A program made the translations under genes and the position numbers. The notes below the pieces were generated by a model. It was not told the origin of the DNA and did not search any database. It saw nothing but the letters and a program-made list of their open reading frames with translations. This document shows, piece after piece, positions 56,195 through 64,000 of a stretch of 64,000 bases of DNA. Source of the DNA: Clostridiales bacterium (GTDB lineage Bacteria; Bacillota; Clostridia; Saccharofermentanales; Saccharofermentanaceae); contig JAFZLF010000020.1 in NCBI GenBank assembly GCA_017551625.1, positions 1,427 through 65,426 on the forward strand. Direction: 5' to 3'. Each line of letters begins with the position of its first letter. The stretch's first letter is position 1.

Positions 56195-57868
56195 GTGTTA
56201 GTTCAGCTTACGATACAAGATTTTGCCATAGTGGAGTATGCCTCCTTCACGCCGGGCCGGGGACTGAATATCCTGACCGGTGAGACGGGCGCGGGAAAAT
56301 CACTGATCATCGATGCGATCGGCGCGCTTCTGGGGCACCGTATCGGGCGTGACTATGTTCGTAAGGGTTGTGATAAGGCTGTCATTGAAGCGGTTTTCGA
56401 TGAGATCGGATCCGTCATCCCGGCTGAGCTTCTTCTGGAATTCGGGATCGAGGCAGAAGAGGACACGCTGATCCTTCTTCGCGAAATCACGAAAGATGGA
56501 AGAAGTATCGTGCGCGTCAATGGCCGCACGATGCCTGTCTCGGTGCTTCGGGCGATCGGAGCGTATCTTCTTGATATCCACGGCCAGCATGACCAACAGA
56601 CGATCTTTGATAGCAGTAAGCACCTGGGGATTCTCGACGATTATCTCGGCGTCACGATCAAGCCGCATATCGCCGCTTTCTCTGAAAAACTCGAGGAGTA
56701 CAGAGCGATTCTCCAGAGCAGAAAACAGTATGAGACTGATCCCGAGAAGAGCCGTCAGATGCAGGAACTGCTGAGATACCAGATCAAGGAAATCGAGGAC
56801 GGTGCTTTTGGCGAGGAAGAAGAAGAACAGCTCGTCGAGAAACTAAAGGTCCTCAAGCAGGAAGAGAAGAGGCGTTTCCATCTGTCTTTCGTGCAGGGCG
56901 CCCTATCTTCCGAGGATTCAGATTCTCCGCTTTCTTCGCTTCAGACGGCCGCCGAGCATCTGGATGCCCTTGCAGCGATGGATCCGACTTTCGCCGAGAG
57001 CGCACAGCAGCTCCGTTCGTCTGTCATGGATCTCGAAGGCGTGAGAGATACGATCGGCGTGGACGATGCCCTGGCGCAGGAATCTTACGATGAAGTCGAA
57101 GCACGGCTCGAGAAACTTCGTGCCTGTACGATGAAGTACGGCGGCTCGGTGCCGGCGATGCATGCATTTGTAAAAGAAGCCCGGGAGAGACTCGAGCTCC
57201 TATCTGAAGGAGATACGAAACTCAAACAGCTGAATGCCGAGCGTATCCGCGTGGAGCGGGAGCTGGTCGCACTGGCGGATACGATCCATGATATCCGAGT
57301 CGAGGCAGGAAGACGCTTGTCAGAGGACATCGTCGCCGAGGTAGAATTCCTGGGCCTTCCAAATGCGACATTTGAGGTGGCCTTTACGAAACGTCCGAAA
57401 GAGCGTTTCTTCAGTAAGACCGGCTACGATGAAGTCGAGTTCCTGTTCTCTGCGAATAAAGGCGAAGAACTAAAGCCTCTTTCCAAGACGGCATCAGGCG
57501 GTGAGGCGGCGAGGATCATGCTCGCGATCAAGACGATCCTGGCACGCGCCGATGCGACGCCTGTCCTGATCTTCGATGAAGTGGACTCCGGCATCTCCGG
57601 CGAGGCGGCCAAGGCCGTATCCCAGTCCATGAAGAAACTCTCGAAGTATCATCAGGTTTTCTGTGTCACGCACATGGGACAGATTGCCGCGGCGGCCGAC
57701 CAGCACTTCTTTATCAGCAAAGACCAGAGCGGCGAGAGAACGAAGACGAACATCTCCGAACTGGATGATGATGGACGCATCGCAGAAGTCGCCAGACTTC
57801 TCTCCGGCAACTCGGCTGATGAACAATCGCAGCGCCTGGCTAAAAACCTCATCGAAGAGAGAAGATAA
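56195..57868 (+). CDS. recN: DNA repair protein RecN
   Basis: 557 aa with a GTG start. Walker A GETGAGKSLIIDAI, coiled-coil middle, SGGEAARIMLA and LIFDEVDSGISG are present. Confidence 0.96.
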   Translation: MLVQLTIQDFAIVEYASFTPGRGLNILTGETGAGKSLIIDAIGALLGHRIGRDYVRKGCDKAVIEAVFDEIGSVIPAELLLEFGIEAEEDTLILLREITKDGRSIVRVNGRTMPVSVLRAIGAYLLDIHGQHDQQTIFDSSKHLGILDDYLGVTIKPHIAAFSEKLEEYRAILQSRKQYETDPEKSRQMQELLRYQIKEIEDGAFGEEEEEQLVEKLKVLKQEEKRRFHLSFVQGALSSEDSDSPLSSLQTAAEHLDALAAMDPTFAESAQQLRSSVMDLEGVRDTIGVDDALAQESYDEVEARLEKLRACTMKYGGSVPAMHAFVKEARERLELLSEGDTKLKQLNAERIRVERELVALADTIHDIRVEAGRRLSEDIVAEVEFLGLPNATFEVAFTKRPKERFFSKTGYDEVEFLFSANKGEELKPLSKTASGGEAARIMLAIKTILARADATPVLIFDEVDSGISGEAAKAVSQSMKKLSKYHQVFCVTHMGQIAAAADQHFFISKDQSGERTKTNISELDDDGRIAEVARLLSGNSADEQSQRLAKNLIEERR

Positions 57869-57881
57869 GAAATCAGAAATA

Positions 57882-57957
57882 GAGCAAAAGATAATGCTTT
57901 CGAAAGCCTCCGCAGGGCAAAGCCCGAGGACCAGCTGAGAAAGCTTTTCTTTTGCTC
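57882..57957. repeat. Palindromic intergenic element, copy B (bidirectional terminator between recN and the pseudouridine synthase gene)
   Basis: Arm GAGCAAAAGATAATGCTTTC (57882-57901) pairs with GAAAGCTTTTCTTTTGCTC (57939-57957). The right arm is nearly identical to that of copy A. The loop contains a CCTC..GGGCaaaGCCC..GAGG hairpin. Confidence 0.75.
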
Positions 57958-58843
57958 AAATGATCAGATTCTTCATATCTGCCGGCATTTCCGATGTGAA
58001 TTCCATCCATTCGTTCGTGATCGGGTGATAGAATCCGAGTTTGCACGCGTGAAGTGCTTGCCGATCTATCCGGTCTTCGTTCTCGATGTGCGGCATGTCG
58101 GGGTTCGGGAAGTCGTTCGATCGGGGACCGTAGAGCCCGTCGCCGACGAGCGGATGTCCCATGTAGAGAGAGTGGACACGGATCTGATGACAGCGTCCTG
58201 TCTCGAGCTTATAGGAGACGATCGAGAGATTCCTGTCGGTAAGGACCTGAAGCGTCCTGTAGTGTGTGATGGAAGGATGGCCGTCTTCCCTCACGATGCG
58301 GATCATGATGGAGTTCTCGTCGCGGCCGATGGGGCGGTCAATCGTACCCGCTTCCGGTTCAAAAGCACCGTAGACGATGCCGACATATTCTTTTTCCATC
58401 TTGTTCTTCGAGACGGTATTATGCGCGTAGCCGTTCTTGGCGATGACGATGAGACCGGATGTTTCCCGGTCGAGGCGCATGATTGGGTGGAGACGCTGGT
58501 CACAGAGACGCTGCAGAAGCGAATCGTCCATGTGCTGCCAGGAAGGGTGAGTCACGAGATTCCCGGGCTTTTCGCAGACAACGATCCAGTCATCTTCGTA
58601 GTAGATATGGATATCGGTATCCTGCTTCGTGTGGATGATCCCCTCGGCATCGTCGTAGATGATGAGGACCTGATCGCCCTCCTCGGGCTCGGCGATCATG
58701 CGGGCTGGGAAGCCGTTCAGATAGAGCTCTCCATACAGGCGGATACGCTTGCAGAGAAGGTTCGACATCTGGTAGCGGGTACGAAGGATGTCGTAGATCT
58801 TCTTGCCGGAATCTTCGGGAAGGATACGGAACGTAAGCTGCAT
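57956..58843 (-). CDS. RluA/RluD-family pseudouridine synthase
   Basis: 295 aa. It has an S4-like N-terminus, the catalytic motif HRLDRETSGLIVIAKN, and a late HQIRVH motif. Confidence 0.9.
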   Translation of the reverse strand: MQLTFRILPEDSGKKIYDILRTRYQMSNLLCKRIRLYGELYLNGFPARMIAEPEEGDQVLIIYDDAEGIIHTKQDTDIHIYYEDDWIVVCEKPGNLVTHPSWQHMDDSLLQRLCDQRLHPIMRLDRETSGLIVIAKNGYAHNTVSKNKMEKEYVGIVYGAFEPEAGTIDRPIGRDENSIMIRIVREDGHPSITHYRTLQVLTDRNLSIVSYKLETGRCHQIRVHSLYMGHPLVGDGLYGPRSNDFPNPDMPHIENEDRIDRQALHACKLGFYHPITNEWMEFTSEMPADMKNLII

Positions 58844-59088
58844 GCGGGACCTCCATTAAACTGCTACACATTTTAACTGCATTTGCGGAAAATGGGAAGG
58901 GCGGTAAGATGAGAGACGTTCTGTGGCGAACAGTGCTTTTGGAGCGGAATTCTCCAAATGATTTTCATTTTGAACAAAATTTGTGTCTATTCTGTTATTT
59001 TTCAGTAGAACTTGACAAGAAATTTCTTCTTTTCCATTGAGTAGAAATTGAGGATATGTTATCCTACCATGTGGGAGGTGAGTCAACT

Positions 59089-59577
59089 GTGGGAAAACAA
59101 AAAATGACTCCGGAAGAAATGAGCGCAAAGCTCGATGAAGTTCTTTCGAAATACAAGGGCCAGGGCCAGAAGGCTTTGATGGCCACGTTGCAGCAGGCGC
59201 AGGAAATTTACGGGTATCTGCCGCTTCCTGTCCAGAGAAAAGTAGCGGATGCGCTTGAGGTATCTGTTGCTGAGGTGTACGGCGTAATTTCGTTCTACTC
59301 TTTCTTCTCTCTGAAGCCAAAGGGAGAAAACGCCATCAGCGTATGCCTGGGTACAGCCTGCTATGTTAAAGGTTCGCAGGCCCTGCTCGATAAGATCGAG
59401 GATGAACTGGGCATCAAGAACGGTGACGTTACCAAGGATGGTAAGTTCTCGATCTCTGCGTGCCGTTGTGTAGGTGCCTGTGGTCTGGCACCGGTTATCA
59501 TGGTCGGTGACGATGTTTATGGTCGTCTGACACCGGATGAGATTCCCGGTATTATCGCAAAGTATAAGGAGGCTTAA
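59089..59577 (+). CDS. hydC: NuoE-like [2Fe-2S] subunit of an electron-bifurcating-type [FeFe] hydrogenase (HydC/HndA)
   Basis: It has the thioredoxin-like 2Fe-2S pattern C..GTAC...C....GAC. I prefer the GTG start at 59089 (GGGAGGTG about 10 nt upstream). ATG 59104 and ATG 59056 are alternatives. Confidence 0.88.
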   Translation: MGKQKMTPEEMSAKLDEVLSKYKGQGQKALMATLQQAQEIYGYLPLPVQRKVADALEVSVAEVYGVISFYSFFSLKPKGENAISVCLGTACYVKGSQALLDKIEDELGIKNGDVTKDGKFSISACRCVGACGLAPVIMVGDDVYGRLTPDEIPGIIAKYKEA

Positions 59578-59579
59578 TC

Positions 59580-61388
59580 ATGGATTTATTTCGTGCGCAC
59601 GTCCTTGTTTGCTGTGGTACAGGATGCACATCTTCGAACTCTGCTAAGATCTTAGAGCAGTTCGAGCAGCAGATTCCGGCTCAGGGACTTGAAAAAGAAG
59701 TAAAAGTAGTTCAGACAGGATGCTTCGGCCTTTGCGCCCAGGGTCCTATCGTAGTTATCTATCCGGAAGGCGTTATGTACTATCGCGTAACTCCTGAGGA
59801 TGTTACTGAGATCGTAAGCGAGCACCTGCTCAAGGGTCGTTATGTTGAGCGCCTCATGGCTCCGAAGCATGATAGTGCTGTTGAAGAAAAAACAGCTGCT
59901 GAAGACAGCAACTTCTTCAAGAAGCAGATGCGTATCGCTCTCCGTAACTGCGGCAACATCAATCCGGAAAATATCGATGAGTATATCGCTCATGACGGTT
60001 ATCAGGCTCTTGGTAAGATCCTTACTGAGAAGAGAGATCCGGATGAGATCATCGAAGAGATCATTAAGTCCGGTCTTCGTGGCCGTGGCGGCGGCGGATT
60101 CCCGACTGGTATGAAGTGGAAGTTCGCTTCCGGTAACAGAGGCCAGGGCATCACCAAGTATGTATGCTGTAACGCTGACGAAGGTGACCCGGGTGCATTT
60201 ATGGACCGTTCCATCCTCGAGGGTGACCCGCATAGTGTCATCGAGGCTATGGCGATCGCTGCTTACTGCATCGACGCTCACCAGGGTTATGTTTATATCC
60301 GTGCTGAGTACCCGATCGCGGTTAAGAGACTGCAGATCGCTATCAATCAGGCTAGAGAATATGGTCTCCTCGGTGAGAACATCTTCGATTCCGGATTCTC
60401 CTTCGACCTCGATATCCGTCTCGGCGCAGGCGCATTCGTTTGCGGTGAGGAAACAGCTCTCATGCGTTCTATCGAAGGTAAGCGTGGTAACCCGACACCG
60501 CGTCCGCCGTTCCCGGCTATCAAGGGTCTTTTCGGTAAGCCGACGATCCTCAACAACGTTGAGACATATGCCAATATCCCGGTTATCCTCAATAAGGGTG
60601 CAGACTGGTTCGCATCTATCGGTACTGAGAAGTCCAAGGGTACGAAGGTGTTCGCTCTCGGCGGTAAGGTCAATAACGTAGGTCTCGTCGAGATCCCGAT
60701 GGGTACTACAGTTCGTGAGATCGTTTTCGATATCGGTGGCGGTATCCCGAATGGTAAGGCCTTCAAGGCTGTTCAGACCGGTGGTCCGTCCGGCGGATGT
60801 ATCCCGGCTTCTCTCCTTGACACACCGATCGACTACGATAACCTCGTAGCAGCCGGCTCCATGATGGGCTCCGGCGGTATGATCGTCATGGACGAAGATA
60901 CCTGTATGGTAGATATCGCGAAGTTCTTCCTCGAGTTTACCGTAGATGAGTCCTGTGGTAAGTGTTCTCCGTGCCGTATCGGTACTAAGAGAATGTTTGA
61001 ACTTCTCACGAAGATCACAGACGGTACCGGTACACTCGAAGACATCGACTCCCTCGAAGAGATCGCTCTGTCCCTGAAGAATGGTTCTCTCTGTGCCCTC
61101 GGCCAGACAGCTGCGAACCCGATCCTGTCTACACTCAAGCATTTCCGTGAGGAGTATGTCGAGCACGTAGTGGATAAGAAGTGCCGCTGCCATGTTTGTA
61201 AGGGTCTCACCGAATACTACATCGATCCTGAGATCTGTAAGAAGTGTTCTCTGTGCGCGAAGAAGTGCCCGGTCAACGCGATCTCCGGTGAGGTCGGTAA
61301 GGTAGCTTACTCGATCGATACGACGAAGTGCATCAAGTGCGGCGCCTGCATCGAGAACTGTAAGTTCAAGGCTGTTCAGAAGAGATAA
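59580..61388 (+). CDS. hydB: NuoF-like flavoprotein subunit (HydB/HndC): N-terminal 2Fe-2S domain, FMN/NADH domain, C-terminal 2x[4Fe-4S] ferredoxin
   Basis: 602 aa. VLVCCGTGCTSS, GRGGGGFPTGMKW (FMN), ESCGKCSPCR (N3 cluster), CKKCSLCAKKCP and CIKCGACIENC are present. Confidence 0.93.
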   Translation: MDLFRAHVLVCCGTGCTSSNSAKILEQFEQQIPAQGLEKEVKVVQTGCFGLCAQGPIVVIYPEGVMYYRVTPEDVTEIVSEHLLKGRYVERLMAPKHDSAVEEKTAAEDSNFFKKQMRIALRNCGNINPENIDEYIAHDGYQALGKILTEKRDPDEIIEEIIKSGLRGRGGGGFPTGMKWKFASGNRGQGITKYVCCNADEGDPGAFMDRSILEGDPHSVIEAMAIAAYCIDAHQGYVYIRAEYPIAVKRLQIAINQAREYGLLGENIFDSGFSFDLDIRLGAGAFVCGEETALMRSIEGKRGNPTPRPPFPAIKGLFGKPTILNNVETYANIPVILNKGADWFASIGTEKSKGTKVFALGGKVNNVGLVEIPMGTTVREIVFDIGGGIPNGKAFKAVQTGGPSGGCIPASLLDTPIDYDNLVAAGSMMGSGGMIVMDEDTCMVDIAKFFLEFTVDESCGKCSPCRIGTKRMFELLTKITDGTGTLEDIDSLEEIALSLKNGSLCALGQTAANPILSTLKHFREEYVEHVVDKKCRCHVCKGLTEYYIDPEICKKCSLCAKKCPVNAISGEVGKVAYSIDTTKCIKCGACIENCKFKAVQKR

Positions 61389-61429
61389 TTCAAGTGACGA
61401 TTCAATTCGATAAAGGAGTGTGAAACAAT

Positions 61430-63199
61430 ATGGATATGGTCAATGTAACCATTGATGGGGTTTCGGTACAGGTTCCTTCGAACTACACCGTTCTTGAAGC
61501 AGCTAAAAAAGCCGGCATTAAGATCCCGACCCTGTGTTATTTAAAAGATGTAAACGAAGTTGGCGCATGCCGCGTCTGCCTCGTTGAAGTTGAGAAGGCC
61601 CGTGCACTTGCAGCTGCCTGCGTTATGCCGGTAAGCGAAGGTATGGTCGTTCATACAAACAGTAAGAAGGTTCGTGATACCAGAAGAGCAACACTCGAGA
61701 TGATCCTCAGTGATCATAACCGTGACTGCCTCTCCTGTATCCGTAACCAGAACTGCGAACTCCAGACTCTGGCTGAAGAGTATGGAATCCGTAAGGTCAC
61801 TTTCGAAGGTGAGAAGAGCCCGTCTAACTTCGATGACAAGTCTTTCTCCATTGTTCGTGATGGCAGCAAGTGTATCAAGTGCGGACGTTGCGTATCTGCT
61901 TGTAAGAAGCAGGGCATCGGCGTTCTTTCCTTCCTCAACCGTGGCTTCAGCACATCTGTTGGCCCGGCTTACGATATCTCCATGGCAGATGCTCCGTGTA
62001 TCTACTGCGGTCAGTGCATCATCGCCTGCCCGGTCGGCGCTCTTCATGAGAAGGAAGAGACCGAGAAGGTATGGGATGCCATCAATGATCCGAGCAAGCA
62101 TGTCGTCATGCAGGTTGCTCCGGCTGTCCGTGCAGCTATCGGTGAAGAATTCGGTCTGCCGATCGGAACACGTGCTACAGGTAAGATGTTCGCAGCTATG
62201 AAGCGCCTCGGTGCAGATAAGGTCTTCGACACCAACTGGGGTGCTGACCTTACGATCATGGAAGAGGGTACAGAGCTTCTGAATCGTATTCAGAACGGCG
62301 GTGTGCTCCCGATGATCACTTCCTGTTCTCCGGGATGGATCCGCTTCTGCGAATTCTACTATCCTGAGTTCATCCCGAACCTTTCTACATGTAAGTCTCC
62401 GCACGAGATGGAAGGCGCCATCATCAAGTCTTACTATGCGAAGCAGAATAACATCGATCCGAAGGATATCGTTGTTGTATCCGTTATGCCTTGTACTTCC
62501 AAGAAGACTGAGGCAGCTCGTGAGCAGATGGTCAATGCAGACGGTCTCCGAGATGTTGATATCGTTATTACCACTCGTGAACTGGCCCGCATGATCCGTG
62601 AAGCAGGTCTGGATTTCAATTCTCTTCCGGATGAAGGTCCGGATCAGGATCTCCTCGGCGAGTACACCGGTGCTGCGGTTATCTTCGGTGCGACAGGTGG
62701 TGTTATGGAAGCGGCTGTTCGTACAGTTGCCGACATTCTCGAGGAAAAAGATCTGCCTGAGTTCGAGTACAAGGCAGTTCGTGGCGTAGAGGCCGATATC
62801 AAGGAAGCAGAGCTCACCCTCGGCGGAAAGAACATCCGCGTAGCTGTTGCCCACAGTACAGCTGCAGCCAGAAAGCTTCTTGATTCGATCCGTGACGGTT
62901 CTGCTCCTGAGTACACCTTCATCGAGATCATGGGTTGTTCCGGCGGATGCGTCTGCGGTGGTGGTCAGCCTCAGGTTCCGGCTCAGAAGCTCATGGATAT
63001 CGATATCCGTGCAGAGCGTGCAAAGGCCCTCTACGAGGAAGACCTGATCATGCCTGAGCGTAAGAGCCATAAGAACTCTCAGGTCGACAAGCTCTACAAA
63101 GAGTTCCTCGGTGCTCCGAACGGTCACCTGGCTCACGAACTCCTGCATACAACTTATGTAAAGAGAGAGATCTATCCGGATTCTGTTCTCGAAGAGTAA
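61430..63199 (+). CDS. hydA: [FeFe] hydrogenase catalytic subunit, CpI-like M3 architecture, with a variant L1 motif (TSCSP)
   Basis: 589 aa. It has an N-terminal 2Fe-2S ferredoxin, H-x3-C-x2-C-x5-C, two CxxCxxCxxxCP motifs, and H-cluster motifs MPCTSKKTE and EIMGCSGGCVCGGGQP. L1 reads ITSCSPGW instead of TSCCPGW. Confidence 0.93.
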   Translation: MDMVNVTIDGVSVQVPSNYTVLEAAKKAGIKIPTLCYLKDVNEVGACRVCLVEVEKARALAAACVMPVSEGMVVHTNSKKVRDTRRATLEMILSDHNRDCLSCIRNQNCELQTLAEEYGIRKVTFEGEKSPSNFDDKSFSIVRDGSKCIKCGRCVSACKKQGIGVLSFLNRGFSTSVGPAYDISMADAPCIYCGQCIIACPVGALHEKEETEKVWDAINDPSKHVVMQVAPAVRAAIGEEFGLPIGTRATGKMFAAMKRLGADKVFDTNWGADLTIMEEGTELLNRIQNGGVLPMITSCSPGWIRFCEFYYPEFIPNLSTCKSPHEMEGAIIKSYYAKQNNIDPKDIVVVSVMPCTSKKTEAAREQMVNADGLRDVDIVITTRELARMIREAGLDFNSLPDEGPDQDLLGEYTGAAVIFGATGGVMEAAVRTVADILEEKDLPEFEYKAVRGVEADIKEAELTLGGKNIRVAVAHSTAAARKLLDSIRDGSAPEYTFIEIMGCSGGCVCGGGQPQVPAQKLMDIDIRAERAKALYEEDLIMPERKSHKNSQVDKLYKEFLGAPNGHLAHELLHTTYVKREIYPDSVLEE

Positions 63200-63225
63200 G
63201 TCGTATAAGCAAAATCAAAACTTCG

Positions 63226-63256
63226 AAAGAGCGTCCTTCGGGGCGCTCTTTTTTGT
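63226..63256 (+). terminator. Intrinsic terminator of the hydCBA operon
   Basis: AAAGAGCGTCC-ttcg-GGGCGCTCTTT (11-bp stem, UUCG loop) followed by TTTTG. Confidence 0.85.
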
Positions 63257-63295
63257 CGGGTGAGAGATATTCTGTACATCATATTAATAGTTTGC

Positions 63296-63375
63296 ATTCG
63301 CGAAAGAAATCTCCGTCGCTGGTCCTCGATGCTTCGCGTCTGCGGAATCGCTCCTTGAGATTTCTTATCGCGAAT
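63296..63375. repeat. Palindromic intergenic element, copy D
   Basis: Arm ATTCGCGAAAGAAATCTC (63296-63313) pairs with GAGATTTCTTATCGCGAAT (63357-63375), giving 18 bp with one bulge. The 43-nt loop shares TCCGCAG and CGAGGACCAGC blocks with copy B in inverted orientation. Confidence 0.75.
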
Positions 63376-63398
63376 TGCCATTTAACATGAGTGTTAGT

Positions 63399-63483
63399 AA
63401 AAAAACCTACCCATAGGATCGCGACCTTAAGGTAGGTTTAAAAACTCATCTTAAGCAACCGTCCTTGCAGACTGTGCTTTTCT
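63399..63483 (-). ncRNA. Candidate small RNA (about 85 nt) bounded by its own promoter and intrinsic terminator
   Basis: A minus-strand promoter lies at 63490-63518. On the minus strand a perfect 9-bp stem (63431-63439 with 63403-63411) is followed by seven T (63405-63399). The only ORF inside is Met-Ser-Phe-stop. Ends are predicted only. Confidence 0.4.
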
Positions 63484-63489
63484 AATGCC

Positions 63490-63518
63490 ATTGTACCATC
63501 GTCAATATGCTCCGTCAA
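63490..63518 (-). promoter_or_regulatory. Strong SigA-type promoter on the minus strand with no protein gene downstream
   Basis: The reverse complement reads TTGACG-GAGCATATTGACGATGG-TACAAT. That is a -35 with 5 of 6 matches, an exact 17-nt spacer ending in TGG (extended -10 TGn), and a -10 with 5 of 6 matches. Confidence 0.55.
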
Positions 63519-63556
63519 ATCCCGATTAATACTAACGATGCACACTTTTTTGTCTA

Positions 63557-63565
63557 TGGTATACT
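63557..63565 (+). promoter_or_regulatory. Extended -10 element for the zinc-ribbon gene at 63621
   Basis: TGgTATACT (TG at 63557-63558, TATACT at 63560-63565), 55 nt upstream of the ATG. No clear -35 element. Confidence 0.35.
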
Positions 63566-63620
63566 CGTAGTGTCAGTTAGTAGAAGGGTATCTTTCGTTA
63601 CATGTATTGGAGGAACTGAA

Positions 63621-64000
63621 ATGTCAGAAAAGATGTGTTCTCTTTGTGGGCATGAGATGAGTTTTGATGATTTTACCCGTGCATGGGTCTGCCCGGTATG
63701 TGGTAACAGCATTTCGGAGAGCAGGGAGTCTGTCGCAGAGTTCGTTTCTGAGTCTATTTCTACACCTGTTTCTAAGCCGATAATTGATCCTGTAATACCA
63801 CCTGATGTTGAATCGGAGCCGATTAATGAACTGAAAGCGTCTGAAGAGAAGGACGTACCTGCTGAACCAATCGTGCCGACTCAACCAATCATTACGAAGG
63901 AAGAACGGCTGGCACGGGCGAAAGAGTCGCTCCGGAGCCGTGGTTTTGAGAAAGCCATGGAGGATCTGTCTGAACTTCGGAAGAAGAGATTCTTTTTCCC
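63621..64000 (+). CDS. Zinc-ribbon protein with a Pro-rich linker (3' end lies outside the window)
   Basis: It is not in the ORF track because no stop is reached. ATG at 63621 is preceded by GGAGG (63609-63613). The protein starts MSEKMCSLCGHEMSFDDFTRAWVCPVCG (C-x2-C-x15-C-x2-C), followed by a P/V/I/E-rich linker. The frame is open to base 64000. Confidence 0.7.
   Translation, partial: MSEKMCSLCGHEMSFDDFTRAWVCPVCGNSISESRESVAEFVSESISTPVSKPIIDPVIPPDVESEPINELKASEEKDVPAEPIVPTQPIITKEERLARAKESLRSRGFEKAMEDLSELRKKRFFF

Noticed and set aside
58960-59055. Possible Rex operator or clear promoter upstream of the hydrogenase operon (TTTGAACAAAATTTGTGTC, AGAAATTTCT palindrome, TTGACA at 59012).
   Set aside because: The sequences do not form the TTGTGAA-N4-TTCACAA-type inverted repeat. 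The TTGACA has no -10 hexamer at 16-19 nt spacing. This is too weak to call.

Overview
This is a 64-kb chromosomal segment with Firmicutes/Clostridia-type gene content; a Lachnospiraceae-like anaerobe is my inference from synteny only. It holds about 60 protein genes, nearly all on the + strand. Most are core housekeeping genes in familiar Firmicutes arrangements: polA-coaE, yifB-dprA-topA-trmFO, queA-tgt, dapA-dapB-yajC-dnaG-trmK-nif3, efp, asp23-amaP-DUF2273-nusB-xseA-xseB-ispA-dxs, nadK-argR-recN, and a HydCBA [FeFe]-hydrogenase operon. RNA genes are a type-A RNase P RNA (about 38250-38600) and one tRNA-Lys(CTT) with a consensus promoter and an intrinsic terminator. I saw no CRISPR array, transposase, integrase or prophage genes. 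The only block that looks accessory is a tightly packed five-gene Ser/Thr phospho-signalling operon (23068-30235). It encodes a zinc-ribbon/Pro-Ala-rich/FHA protein, a membrane-anchored PP2C, an extracytoplasmic trypsin-like protease fused through a second TM helix to a cytoplasmic FHA domain, a soluble PP2C, and a zinc-ribbon-headed Hanks kinase with an unrecognised ectodomain. This is my best candidate for an undescribed system. Other points worth a second look: a self-contained promoter-plus-terminator unit on the minus strand (candidate ~85-nt sRNA, 63399-63518); a family of long palindromic intergenic elements (5 copies); ARG-box-like palindromes upstream of nadK-argR-recN; a Cys-to-Ser change in the TSCCP H-cluster motif of HydA; and a 1463-aa fused double-activase/dehydratase-like protein of unknown substrate. 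All functional assignments come from motif recognition by eye. No database search was run.
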